A stretch of DNA of 64,000 nt from an uncultured delta proteobacterium (lineage in GTDB: Bacteria > Myxococcota_A > Polyangia > Fen-1088), in contig CAVYGB010000010.1 of assembly GCA_963767925.1 (NCBI GenBank), positions 768,001 through 832,000 of the forward strand. The letters are read 5' to 3'. This document shows, piece after piece, positions 10,184 to 19,228 of this stretch; the stretch's first letter is position 1, and the number at the start of each line of letters is the position of its first letter. A model generated the notes under the pieces. The model ran no database searches. It saw nothing but the letters and a program-made list of their open reading frames with translations, and was not told the DNA's origin. Both the position numbers and the translations under genes were made by a program.

Positions 10184-12136
10184 TCAGTAGTCGGTCTCGA
10201 TCTCGCCGGCGTAGTAGCCGTGCATGAGCCCGGCGAGGTCGGTCTTGCCGGCGGTGCCGAGGCTGCGCAGGGCCCGGGCGAACTCGGCGGCGCTCTGAAA
10301 ACGCTCGGCGGGATCGAGGGCCAGCGCCTTGCCCAGGATGGTGCCGGCCTGGGGAGGCAGATCGGCGAGCTGGCGGAACTGCTCGGTCACCGGACCGACC
10401 GCCGCGCGCACGAGCTGGTTGATGGTGCTCTCCCCGCTGTAGAGCGTCCGGCCGGTGAGGCAATAGAACATCACCATGCCCGCCGAGAACAGGTCCGAGC
10501 GGTGGTCCACCGACTCGCCCCGGGCCTGCTCGGGCGACATGAAGCTGACGTTGCCCTTGACCACCCGCTCGTCGGTCTTGCTCACCCGGCCGGCGGCCTT
10601 CACGATGCCGAAGTCGCTGAGCTTGACGTCGCCGAGGTACGAGAGGAGCACGTTGGCCGGCGAGACGTCGCGGTGGACGATCGACAGCACCTCGCCGGCG
10701 GGGCCGGCCCGGTTGTGGGCGTAGGCCAGCGCCTCCAGCACCTCGTGCAGCACGAAGAACACCAGGGGGGCGGGCAGCCCGTGGCCGGTGGCCTGCAGGT
10801 GGCGCTGGGTGAGCTTCTCCAGGTCGCGGCCGTGCACGTATTCCAGGGCCAGGAAGTACTCCTCGCCGGTGCGGCCGAAGTCGAACACCGGGACGATGTT
10901 CGAGTGCAGCAGGCGGGCCTGCAGCCGGGCCTCGTCGATGAACTGGGACACCACCTCCTTGCGCGCGGCCAGGTGGGGGTGCAGCCGCTTGACCACGAAG
11001 TGGCGCTTGAACCCCTCGGGCCCGTGGGCCTCGGCGATGTAGACCTCGGCCATGCCGCCCTCGCCGATCGGCTTGAGCAGGCGGTAGCGGCCCATCTCGG
11101 TGGGCGTGGTGGGGGGCAAGACCGCGACCGCCAGGGCCGGGGTGTGGGGCGAGCGGGCTTCGCCGCCGGTCGGTGCGGGCGCGGGCCTCGATGCGGGAGC
11201 CGGCGCCGCTGGCGAGGCGGGCATGCCGACCAGGGTGGGGAGGTGGTGGATGGCCAGCGCGTCGGGCTCGGGCGGCGCGGCCGGCGTCCGCCGGGCGGCG
11301 ATGACCATCACCAGGCCGCCGGCGGCCAGGAAGGCCGCCAGCACCAGGAGGACGCCGGTGGCGGGGGGAACCCCACCGGGGGCGCCGGCGAAGGTCTGCC
11401 AGAGCCACAACCCGGGCGCCGCCGGGACGGCCGCCGCCCAGGTCCCGCCCGACAGGGGCCGCAGCCCCTGCCCCTCCTGGCCGGCCAGGGCGGCGAGCCC
11501 GCCGCGCAGGGAGGCGGGCCCGGCGGTGGCCAGCAGCCGCCGCCCGTTCGAGAGCGCCAGCGCGCCGCCGGCGCCCGGCGCGAGCCGCTCGAGCAGCCCG
11601 TCGCCGGCCGGCTCGCCCAGCAGCAGCACGGGGCGGTCGGCGGTGATCCGGCTGGCGTGATCGATGGCCGCCGCTGCCACCAGGTAGGCCCCCTCCCCGG
11701 CCGGGACCAGCCCGCTCGCCGCGCCGCTGAGCCGGGCCTTCTCGAACAGCGGTGGCAGGGCCGGCGGCTGGGCCGGGGGGCCGCTGCGGGCGAGCGTCCG
11801 CTCGCCCGAGAAGACGATCTGCAGGGGGAAGGTCCGGCGCACGCTGGCCCACGACTCCTCGTCGTCGATCAGATCCTGCAACGTCTTGTCGTCGACCTGG
11901 GCGTCGAGGGCGGCAACCAGCTCGGGGAGCTGGGCCGCCTCCACGACGCGCGGCTCGAGGGTGCGCGCCGCCGCCGCCAGCGCCTGCTGCGACCGGACCC
12001 GGACCTGCCGGGCGGTGGCCTCCAGAGCAGTGGCGTCGGGCCCGGCAGCCAGCAGCCAGCCGAGCCCGGCGCCGGCCGCGGCCAGGCCAGCCACCAGCAA
12101 CGCCAGGCCCAGCCGGGGCCGCCCCCCGTCATTCAT
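10184..12136 (-). CDS. Membrane Ser/Thr protein kinase with an N-terminal extracytoplasmic domain
   Basis: IGEGGMAEV, VVKRL, HRDVSPANVLL, DFGIVK, FMSPEQ and SDLFS. Two TM segments flank a ~220-aa domain N-terminal to the kinase. Confidence 0.92.
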   Translation of the reverse strand: MNDGGRPRLGLALLVAGLAAAGAGLGWLLAAGPDATALEATARQVRVRSQQALAAAARTLEPRVVEAAQLPELVAALDAQVDDKTLQDLIDDEESWASVRRTFPLQIVFSGERTLARSGPPAQPPALPPLFEKARLSGAASGLVPAGEGAYLVAAAAIDHASRITADRPVLLLGEPAGDGLLERLAPGAGGALALSNGRRLLATAGPASLRGGLAALAGQEGQGLRPLSGGTWAAAVPAAPGLWLWQTFAGAPGGVPPATGVLLVLAAFLAAGGLVMVIAARRTPAAPPEPDALAIHHLPTLVGMPASPAAPAPASRPAPAPTGGEARSPHTPALAVAVLPPTTPTEMGRYRLLKPIGEGGMAEVYIAEAHGPEGFKRHFVVKRLHPHLAARKEVVSQFIDEARLQARLLHSNIVPVFDFGRTGEEYFLALEYVHGRDLEKLTQRHLQATGHGLPAPLVFFVLHEVLEALAYAHNRAGPAGEVLSIVHRDVSPANVLLSYLGDVKLSDFGIVKAAGRVSKTDERVVKGNVSFMSPEQARGESVDHRSDLFSAGMVMFYCLTGRTLYSGESTINQLVRAAVGPVTEQFRQLADLPPQAGTILGKALALDPAERFQSAAEFARALRSLGTAGKTDLAGLMHGYYAGEIETDY

Positions 12137-13052
12137 AGGAGGGGTAGGCCCTTCCCTGCTTGTTGAGGTGCACGCCCGGCCGGGCCGCCACCTCGGCGGC
12201 GAAGCGGACCGAGACGCCGGTCTTCACCTCCACCGTCTGGGCGGCCGGCTTGAGCCGGGGTCCCCACAACACGAGCCGGCGGCTGCCCACCGGCACGTTG
12301 GCCAGCACGAAGCTGCCGTCCGGTCGCACGCGGGTGTAGTGCCCGTTGGGGACGACCAGGATGTCGGCCCGCATCTTCGAGTGGATGTTGCAGAAGATCT
12401 CCACGTGCCCGGGGGACAGCAGGGTCACCGGCGACGGGCTCTCGCCCCCCTTGACCGTGCCGAGGTCGAACACCGAGCCCGGGGTGCGGGAAAAGACGTT
12501 GTGAAAGACGGTGTCGCCGTTCGGGAAGGTGACCCGCGAGCCGACCGGGAGCACGGTGACCGCCGGGGTGAACTGCTTGCCCTCCTGCCGGATCTCGACA
12601 ACCCGGGGCCGGGCCGACCCCCGCCCCTCGACGTAGACGTAGGCCTCCTCGCCGGGGCCCGGGAGCTGCACCCGGCCCGAGACCATGGCCACCGTGGCGC
12701 TGGCCGCCCCGGCCACCGCGGGGGGCTGCAGCGCGGCCGGTGGGGCGACGGCCGCGCCCGCGGGGGGGGCAGGCAAGGGGAGGCTCGCCGCGGCGGGCGC
12801 GCCGGGCAAGGCGCGGATGAGCTGCAGGACCATGTCGTAGCGCTGCTGGTCGGCCTGCATGAGCTGCAAGATGAGCTGCTTCTGCTCGCGCAGCTCCTTC
12901 TCCAGGCGGGCCACGTCGGCCCGGAGCTGGGCCACCTCGCCGGCCGCCGGGCTCTGGGCCGCCGCCCGCGCCGGGACGAGCGCCACAACCGTCAGGCCGA
13001 GCGCGGCCGCGACCACCCAGGAGACCGGAGCCTTGCAAAATCGCGTTGTCAT
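12129..13052 (-). CDS. Exported cupredoxin-like protein with an N-terminal coiled coil
   Basis: Signal peptide ending ARAAA, a heptad segment, then QFTP...GSRVTFPNGDTVFHNVFS...FCNIHSKM (His/Cys/His/Met type-1 Cu ligand pattern). Confidence 0.8.
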   Translation of the reverse strand: MTTRFCKAPVSWVVAAALGLTVVALVPARAAAQSPAAGEVAQLRADVARLEKELREQKQLILQLMQADQQRYDMVLQLIRALPGAPAAASLPLPAPPAGAAVAPPAALQPPAVAGAASATVAMVSGRVQLPGPGEEAYVYVEGRGSARPRVVEIRQEGKQFTPAVTVLPVGSRVTFPNGDTVFHNVFSRTPGSVFDLGTVKGGESPSPVTLLSPGHVEIFCNIHSKMRADILVVPNGHYTRVRPDGSFVLANVPVGSRRLVLWGPRLKPAAQTVEVKTGVSVRFAAEVAARPGVHLNKQGRAYPSYE

Positions 13053-13067
13053 CGTCGCCCTGCCTTG

Positions 13068-14430
13068 TCAGTAGGACAGCACGAGGCTGCTCGTGAAGAC
13101 GTCGTTCCGGATGCCGGGGACGCCGCCGTATTCGCCGTTGCGCAGGTATTCGGCGCGCAGGCTGGCCCGCGCGCTCCAGACCCAGCGGGCGCCGAGGGTG
13201 GCCCGCCAGGACCTGGTGAGATAGGCCCGCTCGCTGCCCAGCCACACGAAGGCGTGCCGGTATTCGATGCGCCCGAGGGCGCCGAAGGAGGGGCTGAACA
13301 TGTAGTCGGCCTCGAGGTAGCCGCCGCCGTGCAGATCGAGGCCGTAGGCCCCGCTGGTCTCGTCGCCGGGCGCGCCCCCGGTCAGCCACTGGGCCTTGAG
13401 GTCGAGGGCGCCGAGGTGGCCGATCAGGTCGGGCCCGAAGAACCAGAGGGCCTCGCCGCTGGCCAGGGCCCTGTCCTGGGCGCCCCAGCTCCCCGACAGG
13501 CCCAGCTCCAGCTCCAGCCAGGCCGGCAGGGGCAGGCGCGCCGAGAGCCGCCCGCTGAGGGTCTTGCCCGCGTTGCGGTCGATCTCGTCGTAGAAGTGAA
13601 ACGACTCGATGGTGTTCGACCCGTTGGTGAGGGCGGCCGCCACGACCAGCCAGTCGTCGACCCCCAGCTTGCTGCGCACCTTGAGCCCGAGGGCGGTGCC
13701 GGTCGTGTAGCGGGCCAGCAGCGAGGGGGTGATGCCGAAGCGGCGGGCCGACTTGCGATCGCGGTATTCGATCCCCAGCACCGAGTCGGTCTTGCCGGCG
13801 AAGATCGAGGTCCGCTGGGCGTCCCCCGGCAGCCACTCGACCTGGGCCAGATCGACGTCGAAGACGTCGCCGAGGCGGAAGTCGTTGCCCGTGCGGGGCA
13901 CGAGGTTGAAGCTCACCGTGACGAGGGCGCTGGGGGACAGCGCCGAGTGGACGGCGAAGTTGGCCTCGTTGAGGATGAACCCGGGCGCGCCCCGGGAGTC
14001 GACCGAGTCGAACCGGTCGACCCCGACGGCGTCGCCCAGGTCGGCGGGCTCGCCCCGGGCGTTGACCGCCGGGGCCAGGATGTCGCCGAGGAAGACCCAG
14101 CCGTAGCGGCCGGCGTACTCCGGGAAGCGGGCGTGCCCGAAGTCCTGGGTGTAGCCGGCGCCGTTGCCCGAGGGGATGAAGAAGCCCACGTCGAGGTAGC
14201 CGCTCCAGGTGAGGGCGGAGCTGTTGCCGAGGACGAGGCTCTCGGTCTGGCGCAGCCGCTCGTTCATCTCCTCGAGGGTGGGGCCGGGGGCGGGCTCGAC
14301 CGGCTGGGCCCGGGCCGGGGCCGGCCAAAGGGCGAGGGCGAAGGCGACAGCGAAGACGGCCGCCGCCGGGCGGGGGCGGCAGCGCGCCGGACGCGCAGGT
14401 AGCAGAGATCGACAGCCGGGTCGCGCTCAT
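13068..14430 (-). CDS. Outer-membrane beta-barrel (porin-like) protein; frameshift in the signal-peptide region
   Basis: Alternating amphipathic strands, WSGYLDVGF start of the barrel, C-terminal aromatic (SSLVLSY). ATG 14430 overlaps the upstream stop (ATGA). Main frame is 13068-14267 and beyond. Confidence 0.75.
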
Positions 14431-15941
14431 GGGTTGGCCGGCCTCCCGTGCAGCTCGGGCCGACCGGGCACCCCGGTCAGCGTCAGGAGGAAGGCGATGA
14501 GGTCGCTGCGGTCGCGCGCCGACAGCAGCAGCGGGTGCAGCTCGGGGCTCTTGCGGCCGCTCGCCTCGCTGGTGCCGCCCTGGTCGTAGTGCCACAGCAC
14601 CTCGTCGAGGGTGCGGTACACCCCGTCGTGCATGTAGGGCGCGGTCAGGGCCACGTCGCGCAGGCTGGGGGTGCGCCAGGCCCCGCGGGTGCTGGCGTCG
14701 GGCGCCTCGGCCGCCCGGTAGAAGGCGCCGTGGCTGGCCGCGCCGGCGGCCGGATCGTCGGAGTGCTCGCCGTCGCGGCGGAAGCCCGCGCCGCGCAGCT
14801 TGAGGAGGCCGAAGTGATAGCCCCAGGGCAGGCAGGTCTCGCCCACCAGGCCTTCGCTGCCGGTCTCGGAGACGCAGTCGCAGCGAGGGTTGCCCCGGGG
14901 GCAGTCGGCCTCGGTGGGGACGCCGGCCCCCCGCTGGGGCACGCCGATGTTGTGAAAGCGCCCGTCCGACAGCAGCGGCGTGTTGTGGCAGTCGATGCAG
15001 GCCGCTCGCCCCACGAACAGCCGCAGCCCCCGGAGGGCGGCCGGGGAGATGGCTTCTTCCTCCCCGTTGACGTAACGGTCGAAGGGGGCGTCCCCGCTGG
15101 TCAGCTCCCACTCGTAGGCGGCGATGGCCTTGGCGATGTTGGCGAAGGCCCGGTTGACGCCCAGGCGGGTGGCCCCGTCGAGGCAGTCGAAGGCATCGCC
15201 GAACGGCTCGCCGGGATCGCCGGGCTGACAGCCGGCCAGCTCGCCCGGGCGGCCGTTGGCGGGCAACGCCGCCAGCATCGGGACGGTTGTGCTGGCCGGC
15301 TCGCCGAAGACCTGGCGGTACTCCGCGCCGTAGCGCTCGGCCACCGCGCGCACGATGGCCAGCCGGTTGCCGTTCATCGACACCGGGCTCTCGAGCACGG
15401 CGGCGGCCTGCGACCAGAGCGAGTCGCTGCGCCCGTTCCAGTACAGCAGCGGGTAGTGAGCGGCGTTGAGGGTCTGCTGCCCGTTGACGTCGTACCAGCC
15501 CGCCCCCTCGGAGATGTGCCCGGGGGTGGAGGTGAAGTCGCCGCCGGCCCGCCCGGGGTCGTGGCAGGTCGCGCAGGAGATTGTCATGCGCACCCCCCGG
15601 GGCTCGCGCGCGCTGCTGGTGCTGCGCCCGAGGAGATCCTCCCAGCTCGCCTCGCCGGCGAAGGCCTCGGAGTAGTAGAAGCGCCGGCCGAGCCCGATGG
15701 CGGCCTCGTCGCGGAGGAGGCGGTTGGACCGATCGAGGGGGGCCTCGCCAAGGTTGGCGAGGGCGGCGACCCGCTGCCACTCGTCGCGCGAGAAGTCGCA
15801 GCCCCGGTCACCGCAGGCCAGGGCGTCGGCCATCGGCCCGCAGCCCAGCAGCGGAAGCAGGGCGGCGGCGCCCAGCAAGAGGAGCAGCCCCCGCCCGCGG
15901 ATCGAAGCCCCTGCGCGCACGGACGCCTCCCCTGCTCTCAT
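14427..15941 (-). CDS. Di-heme cytochrome c peroxidase/MauG-family lipoprotein
   Basis: Lipobox LLGC; two heme motifs CATCH and CIDCH; WNGRSDSLWSQA and RTPSLRDVALTAPYMHDG. Confidence 0.9.
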   Translation of the reverse strand: MRAGEASVRAGASIRGRGLLLLLGAAALLPLLGCGPMADALACGDRGCDFSRDEWQRVAALANLGEAPLDRSNRLLRDEAAIGLGRRFYYSEAFAGEASWEDLLGRSTSSAREPRGVRMTISCATCHDPGRAGGDFTSTPGHISEGAGWYDVNGQQTLNAAHYPLLYWNGRSDSLWSQAAAVLESPVSMNGNRLAIVRAVAERYGAEYRQVFGEPASTTVPMLAALPANGRPGELAGCQPGDPGEPFGDAFDCLDGATRLGVNRAFANIAKAIAAYEWELTSGDAPFDRYVNGEEEAISPAALRGLRLFVGRAACIDCHNTPLLSDGRFHNIGVPQRGAGVPTEADCPRGNPRCDCVSETGSEGLVGETCLPWGYHFGLLKLRGAGFRRDGEHSDDPAAGAASHGAFYRAAEAPDASTRGAWRTPSLRDVALTAPYMHDGVYRTLDEVLWHYDQGGTSEASGRKSPELHPLLLSARDRSDLIAFLLTLTGVPGRPELHGRPANP

Positions 15942-17779
15942 CACATCGACTCCTGCGAGGCCTGCCGGGGCCGGACCAGGCCGTGTTGCTTGACCTTCTG
16001 CTGGAACGTCCGCAAGGGCATGCCGATCAGCTCCGCCGCCCGGGTCTGCACCCAGCCGGTCTGCTCGAGCGCCTCGAGCATGCGGGCCCGCTCGAGGGCC
16101 CGGATCTCGTCGGCCAGGGCGGCGCGGGGGGCGGCGTAGGCCCGGGTGGCCCGGGCGTTGTCCCCCGGCGCGGCGGGGGGCGGCGCGGGCGCGGGCGGGT
16201 CGGACAGGGGCGCGGCGGCGCCGCCGGCGCCGAGGCGGACCCGCAGGGCGGCCGGCTCGATCACCGCCTCGGCGGTGGTGGCGGCGAGGTATTCGACGAC
16301 GTTCTTCAGCTCGCGCACGTTGCCCGGCCAGGGGTGGGCGGCCAGCAGCGGCAGGCTGGCGCTGGCGAAGGCCTTGGCGGTCATGCCGGGCCCGCGGCAG
16401 GCCGCGGCCAGGAAGGTGCGGGCCAGCACCGCGATCTCGCGGGGGCGGTTGCGCAGCGGCGGCAACACGACGGTGGCGGCGTTGAGGCGGAACAGCAGGT
16501 CGGCCCGGAAGCGCCCGCGCGCGACCTCCTCGGCCAGGTTGCGGTTGGTGGCGGCCACCACCCGCACGTCGAGGTCCCGCTCGCGCGTGCCGCCCACCCG
16601 CAGGGCTCGCTTGCTCTCCAGCACGCGCAGCAGCTTGGGCTGCAGGGTCAGGGGCAGCTCGCCGATCTCGTCGAAGAACAGGGTGCCGCCGGCGGCCGTC
16701 TCCAGCAGGCCCGGCCGGCTGGCCACCGCCCCGGAGAAGGCCCCCTTCTCGCTGCCGAACAGCTCGCTCTCGATCAGGTTCTCCGAGAAGGCGGCGCAGT
16801 TGACCGGCACGAAGGGGCCCCCCTGGCGCGACGACCAGGCGTGCAGGGCGAAGGCGGCGTTCTCCTTGCCCACCCCGGTCTCGCCCTCCACCAGGACGGG
16901 CAGATCGCTGCGCGCCAGCCGGCGGATCAGCTCGACCAGCCCACGCATGGTGGCGTCGGCCACCACCATCGAGCGGTCTCCGATCTCGATGCGGGCGTCG
17001 CCGTCGGGATCGATGCCGGGCGCCTCGGGGCTGGCGCCCCGGGCGGCGGCGCGGGCGGCGGCCAGCAGGGCGTCGGTCTCGCAGGCCGCCACCGGGTAGA
17101 CGGCCAGCCCGGCCCGCGCCGAGGGGACCAGCGCCCGGACCGAATCGAGCAGGCGGCCCAGCAGGGCGGCGCCGGCCGCCTGGTCGACCTCGGGCAACAC
17201 ACCCACCAGCTCGACCGGCGAGAGCCAGCTCGCCTGATCGACGCGGCGGAGCTCGCCGTCGACCCGGGCGCGGATCGCCTCCCGGTCGGCGCCGGCCTCG
17301 ATCAGCAGGCAGAACACCCCCACCGGGCGATCGAACAGCCGGGCCCGCTCGAGCTCGTCCTCCACCCGCCGGTGGAAGGTGCGCGCGTCGACCAGCGGCT
17401 GGCGGCCGGCGGCGGGGGCCAGGTAGAGGATCAGGGCCACCGTGCCGATGGCGATCGTGTCGCCGGCGAACAGCGGCTGCTCCCCCTCGATGCGCGCGCC
17501 GTTGACCAGGGTGCCGTTGCGGCTGCCGAGATCGCGGATGCGCACCTCGCCGTCGGTCACGGTGAGGATGGCGTGCCGGCGCGAGGCGCCGGGCGCGGTG
17601 AGCTGCAGGTCGGACTCCTCGCCTCGTCCGATGAGGAACTCGCCGGCGGCGGGCAGGGCCCGCGGGAAAGAGGAGCTCTCCTCGACGACGACCAGGTGGG
17701 GACAGCCCGGGTTTATCGCGCCGAGCCCGGGGACCGTGCCGAGCATGGAGGGCCGTTCGACGGTGGGACGCATGCTCAT
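15941..17779 (-). CDS. FHA-domain sigma54-dependent enhancer-binding activator (Fis-type HTH)
   Basis: FHA (IGRG...SRRHA...DLGSRNGT); GETGVGKE, ELFGSEKGAFSGA, FFDEIGE, FRADLLFRL, WPGNVREL; C-terminal TRAAELIGM HTH. Confidence 0.93.
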   Translation of the reverse strand: MSMRPTVERPSMLGTVPGLGAINPGCPHLVVVEESSSFPRALPAAGEFLIGRGEESDLQLTAPGASRRHAILTVTDGEVRIRDLGSRNGTLVNGARIEGEQPLFAGDTIAIGTVALILYLAPAAGRQPLVDARTFHRRVEDELERARLFDRPVGVFCLLIEAGADREAIRARVDGELRRVDQASWLSPVELVGVLPEVDQAAGAALLGRLLDSVRALVPSARAGLAVYPVAACETDALLAAARAAARGASPEAPGIDPDGDARIEIGDRSMVVADATMRGLVELIRRLARSDLPVLVEGETGVGKENAAFALHAWSSRQGGPFVPVNCAAFSENLIESELFGSEKGAFSGAVASRPGLLETAAGGTLFFDEIGELPLTLQPKLLRVLESKRALRVGGTRERDLDVRVVAATNRNLAEEVARGRFRADLLFRLNAATVVLPPLRNRPREIAVLARTFLAAACRGPGMTAKAFASASLPLLAAHPWPGNVRELKNVVEYLAATTAEAVIEPAALRVRLGAGGAAAPLSDPPAPAPPPAAPGDNARATRAYAAPRAALADEIRALERARMLEALEQTGWVQTRAAELIGMPLRTFQQKVKQHGLVRPRQASQESM

Positions 17780-18110
17780 GCCGCCCGCCTCGCGAGACCC
17801 GACCGGCCGCTCCTGTCATCCGTCATCGACAACCCTGGCTCCCTGTAACCCTGACGCTGCTGGACGCCCGTTCTTCCCGGATCCACCGTGCGCTGCGACG
17901 GCGGGGGGCGCGGTCAACGTCGGACCCCGCGCGCATATGTAGGATAAAAACGCATCCTGCGCAACATATTCTCCCGGAGGAAACATTTCGGGAGCGCCGC
18001 CGCGAAGAGGAGGGGGCCCACCGCCAACCTCACGGGCCGCGATGGTCGACGGATACGCTGACGGCCGGGGTGTTCAGACGTGTCGAGCCGGCACCTCCCT
18101 TGTCCACGGG

Positions 18111-19055
18111 CTACTGGCGCGGACCGGCGGCGGCGAGGCTCGACGCGGGGGCCGGCGCGGCGGGCGGCAGGTCGACGACCAGCACGGTGGGTCGCCCCGC
18201 GGCCGACCGCTCCGACTCGCACACCGCCTTCACGAGGAGGCGGCCACCGTCGAGGGTAGCGGCGGAGAGCTGGTTGGCGACGCAGTCGGCGGGGGCGAGG
18301 GCGATGGGCGCGCCGGGCGCCCCGTCCCGGGTGGCGAAGCGGTGGACCAGCGCGCGGCGGCCCTGGCCCGAACGCCGGTCGGGCGCCTGGGAGAAGAACT
18401 CGGTGACGTAGACCGTCTCGTCGGCGTCGTCGCCGTCGCCGTCGTCGGTGACGGCCAGGGCGCGGGGGTGGGCCGGCGTGGGGCCGCCCTCGAGCGCGAA
18501 GCTGCCGACCGCCGCCATGCGGGCGGTGTCGATGACGGTCACCGTGCCGTCGGCGAAGTTGGCCACGTAGAGCCGGGCGCCGCTCGGCGAGAGGGCCAGC
18601 CCGGTCGGCTCGACCCCGGTGCGGACCGAACGCGCCTCGAGGGTGGGCCGCCCGCGCAGGTCGCGGATCCGTACCACCTGGTGCGCGTCGCGCAGGGCCA
18701 GGTAGGCGCTGTCGCCGTCCTTGCCGATCACGACCGCCCAGGGCTCCGACCCGCGGCCCACGTCGACCTCGACCTCGCGGGCGACCCGCTGCCCGCCCCG
18801 GTCCAGCGTCTGCACCGCCACCCGCCCGGTCGCCCGGTCGATGGCCACCGCCACCGTGTTGCCGGCGCTCACCGCGGCCGCGCCGGCGGCGTCGAGGGCC
18901 TTGCGAGCCGGCGTCGAGAGGGCGACGAGGCGGGTCACCAGCCCGGCCGCCCGCTCCGGGGTCGAGGCCCACAGCAGGCCGGCGCCCAGCAAGCCCGCGT
19001 GGAGGGCACCCAGCACCGAGAACAGCGCGCGCAGCGATCGGGTGAAAGTAGGCAT
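18111..19055 (-). CDS. YncE/YVTN-type beta-propeller protein, exported
   Basis: N-terminal hydrophobic signal; blades VGRGSEPWAVV, TGVEPTGLALSPSGARLYVANFADGTVTVID and HPRALAV. Confidence 0.75.
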   Translation of the reverse strand: MPTFTRSLRALFSVLGALHAGLLGAGLLWASTPERAAGLVTRLVALSTPARKALDAAGAAAVSAGNTVAVAIDRATGRVAVQTLDRGGQRVAREVEVDVGRGSEPWAVVIGKDGDSAYLALRDAHQVVRIRDLRGRPTLEARSVRTGVEPTGLALSPSGARLYVANFADGTVTVIDTARMAAVGSFALEGGPTPAHPRALAVTDDGDGDDADETVYVTEFFSQAPDRRSGQGRRALVHRFATRDGAPGAPIALAPADCVANQLSAATLDGGRLLVKAVCESERSAAGRPTVLVVDLPPAAPAPASSLAAAGPRQ

Positions 19056-19082
19056 GTCGTCGTCTCCTCGACGAGGGGCTTC

Positions 19083-19098
19083 AGCAGCCTCCGTGCCA
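19083..19098 (-). promoter_or_regulatory. sigma54 (-24/-12) promoter
   Basis: Minus strand reads TGGCACGGAGGCTGCT against consensus TGGCACG-N4-TTGCW, with exact GG-N10-GC spacing, about 28 nt upstream of ATG 19055. Confidence 0.75.
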
Positions 19099-19151
19099 GC
19101 GCCCGTTGCCCTGCGATTCCGCGCCCCTGGCCCTCGGCGAGGGGGCCCACC

Positions 19152-19211
19152 GGCAAGGTCTGCGCACGGCCTGCGCCAAACCTGCGGTGGGGGCTACGCC
19201 AAACTTGCGGT
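19152..19211. promoter_or_regulatory. Phased repeats, putative enhancer (EBP) binding sites
   Basis: CGCCAAACCTGCGGT (19174) and CGCCAAACTTGCGGT (19197) are 23 bp apart. A related GGCAAGGTCTGCG lies at 19152. All are upstream of the sigma54 promoter. Confidence 0.55.
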
Positions 19212-19228
19212 CCGGGATCGGCGGCGGC

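Noticed and set aside
14427..17819. 1130-aa ORF suggesting a large peroxidase fusion
   Set aside because: The N-terminal half is an Arg/Pro-rich shadow frame over the activator gene; the real start is ATG 15941 with a lipoprotein signal
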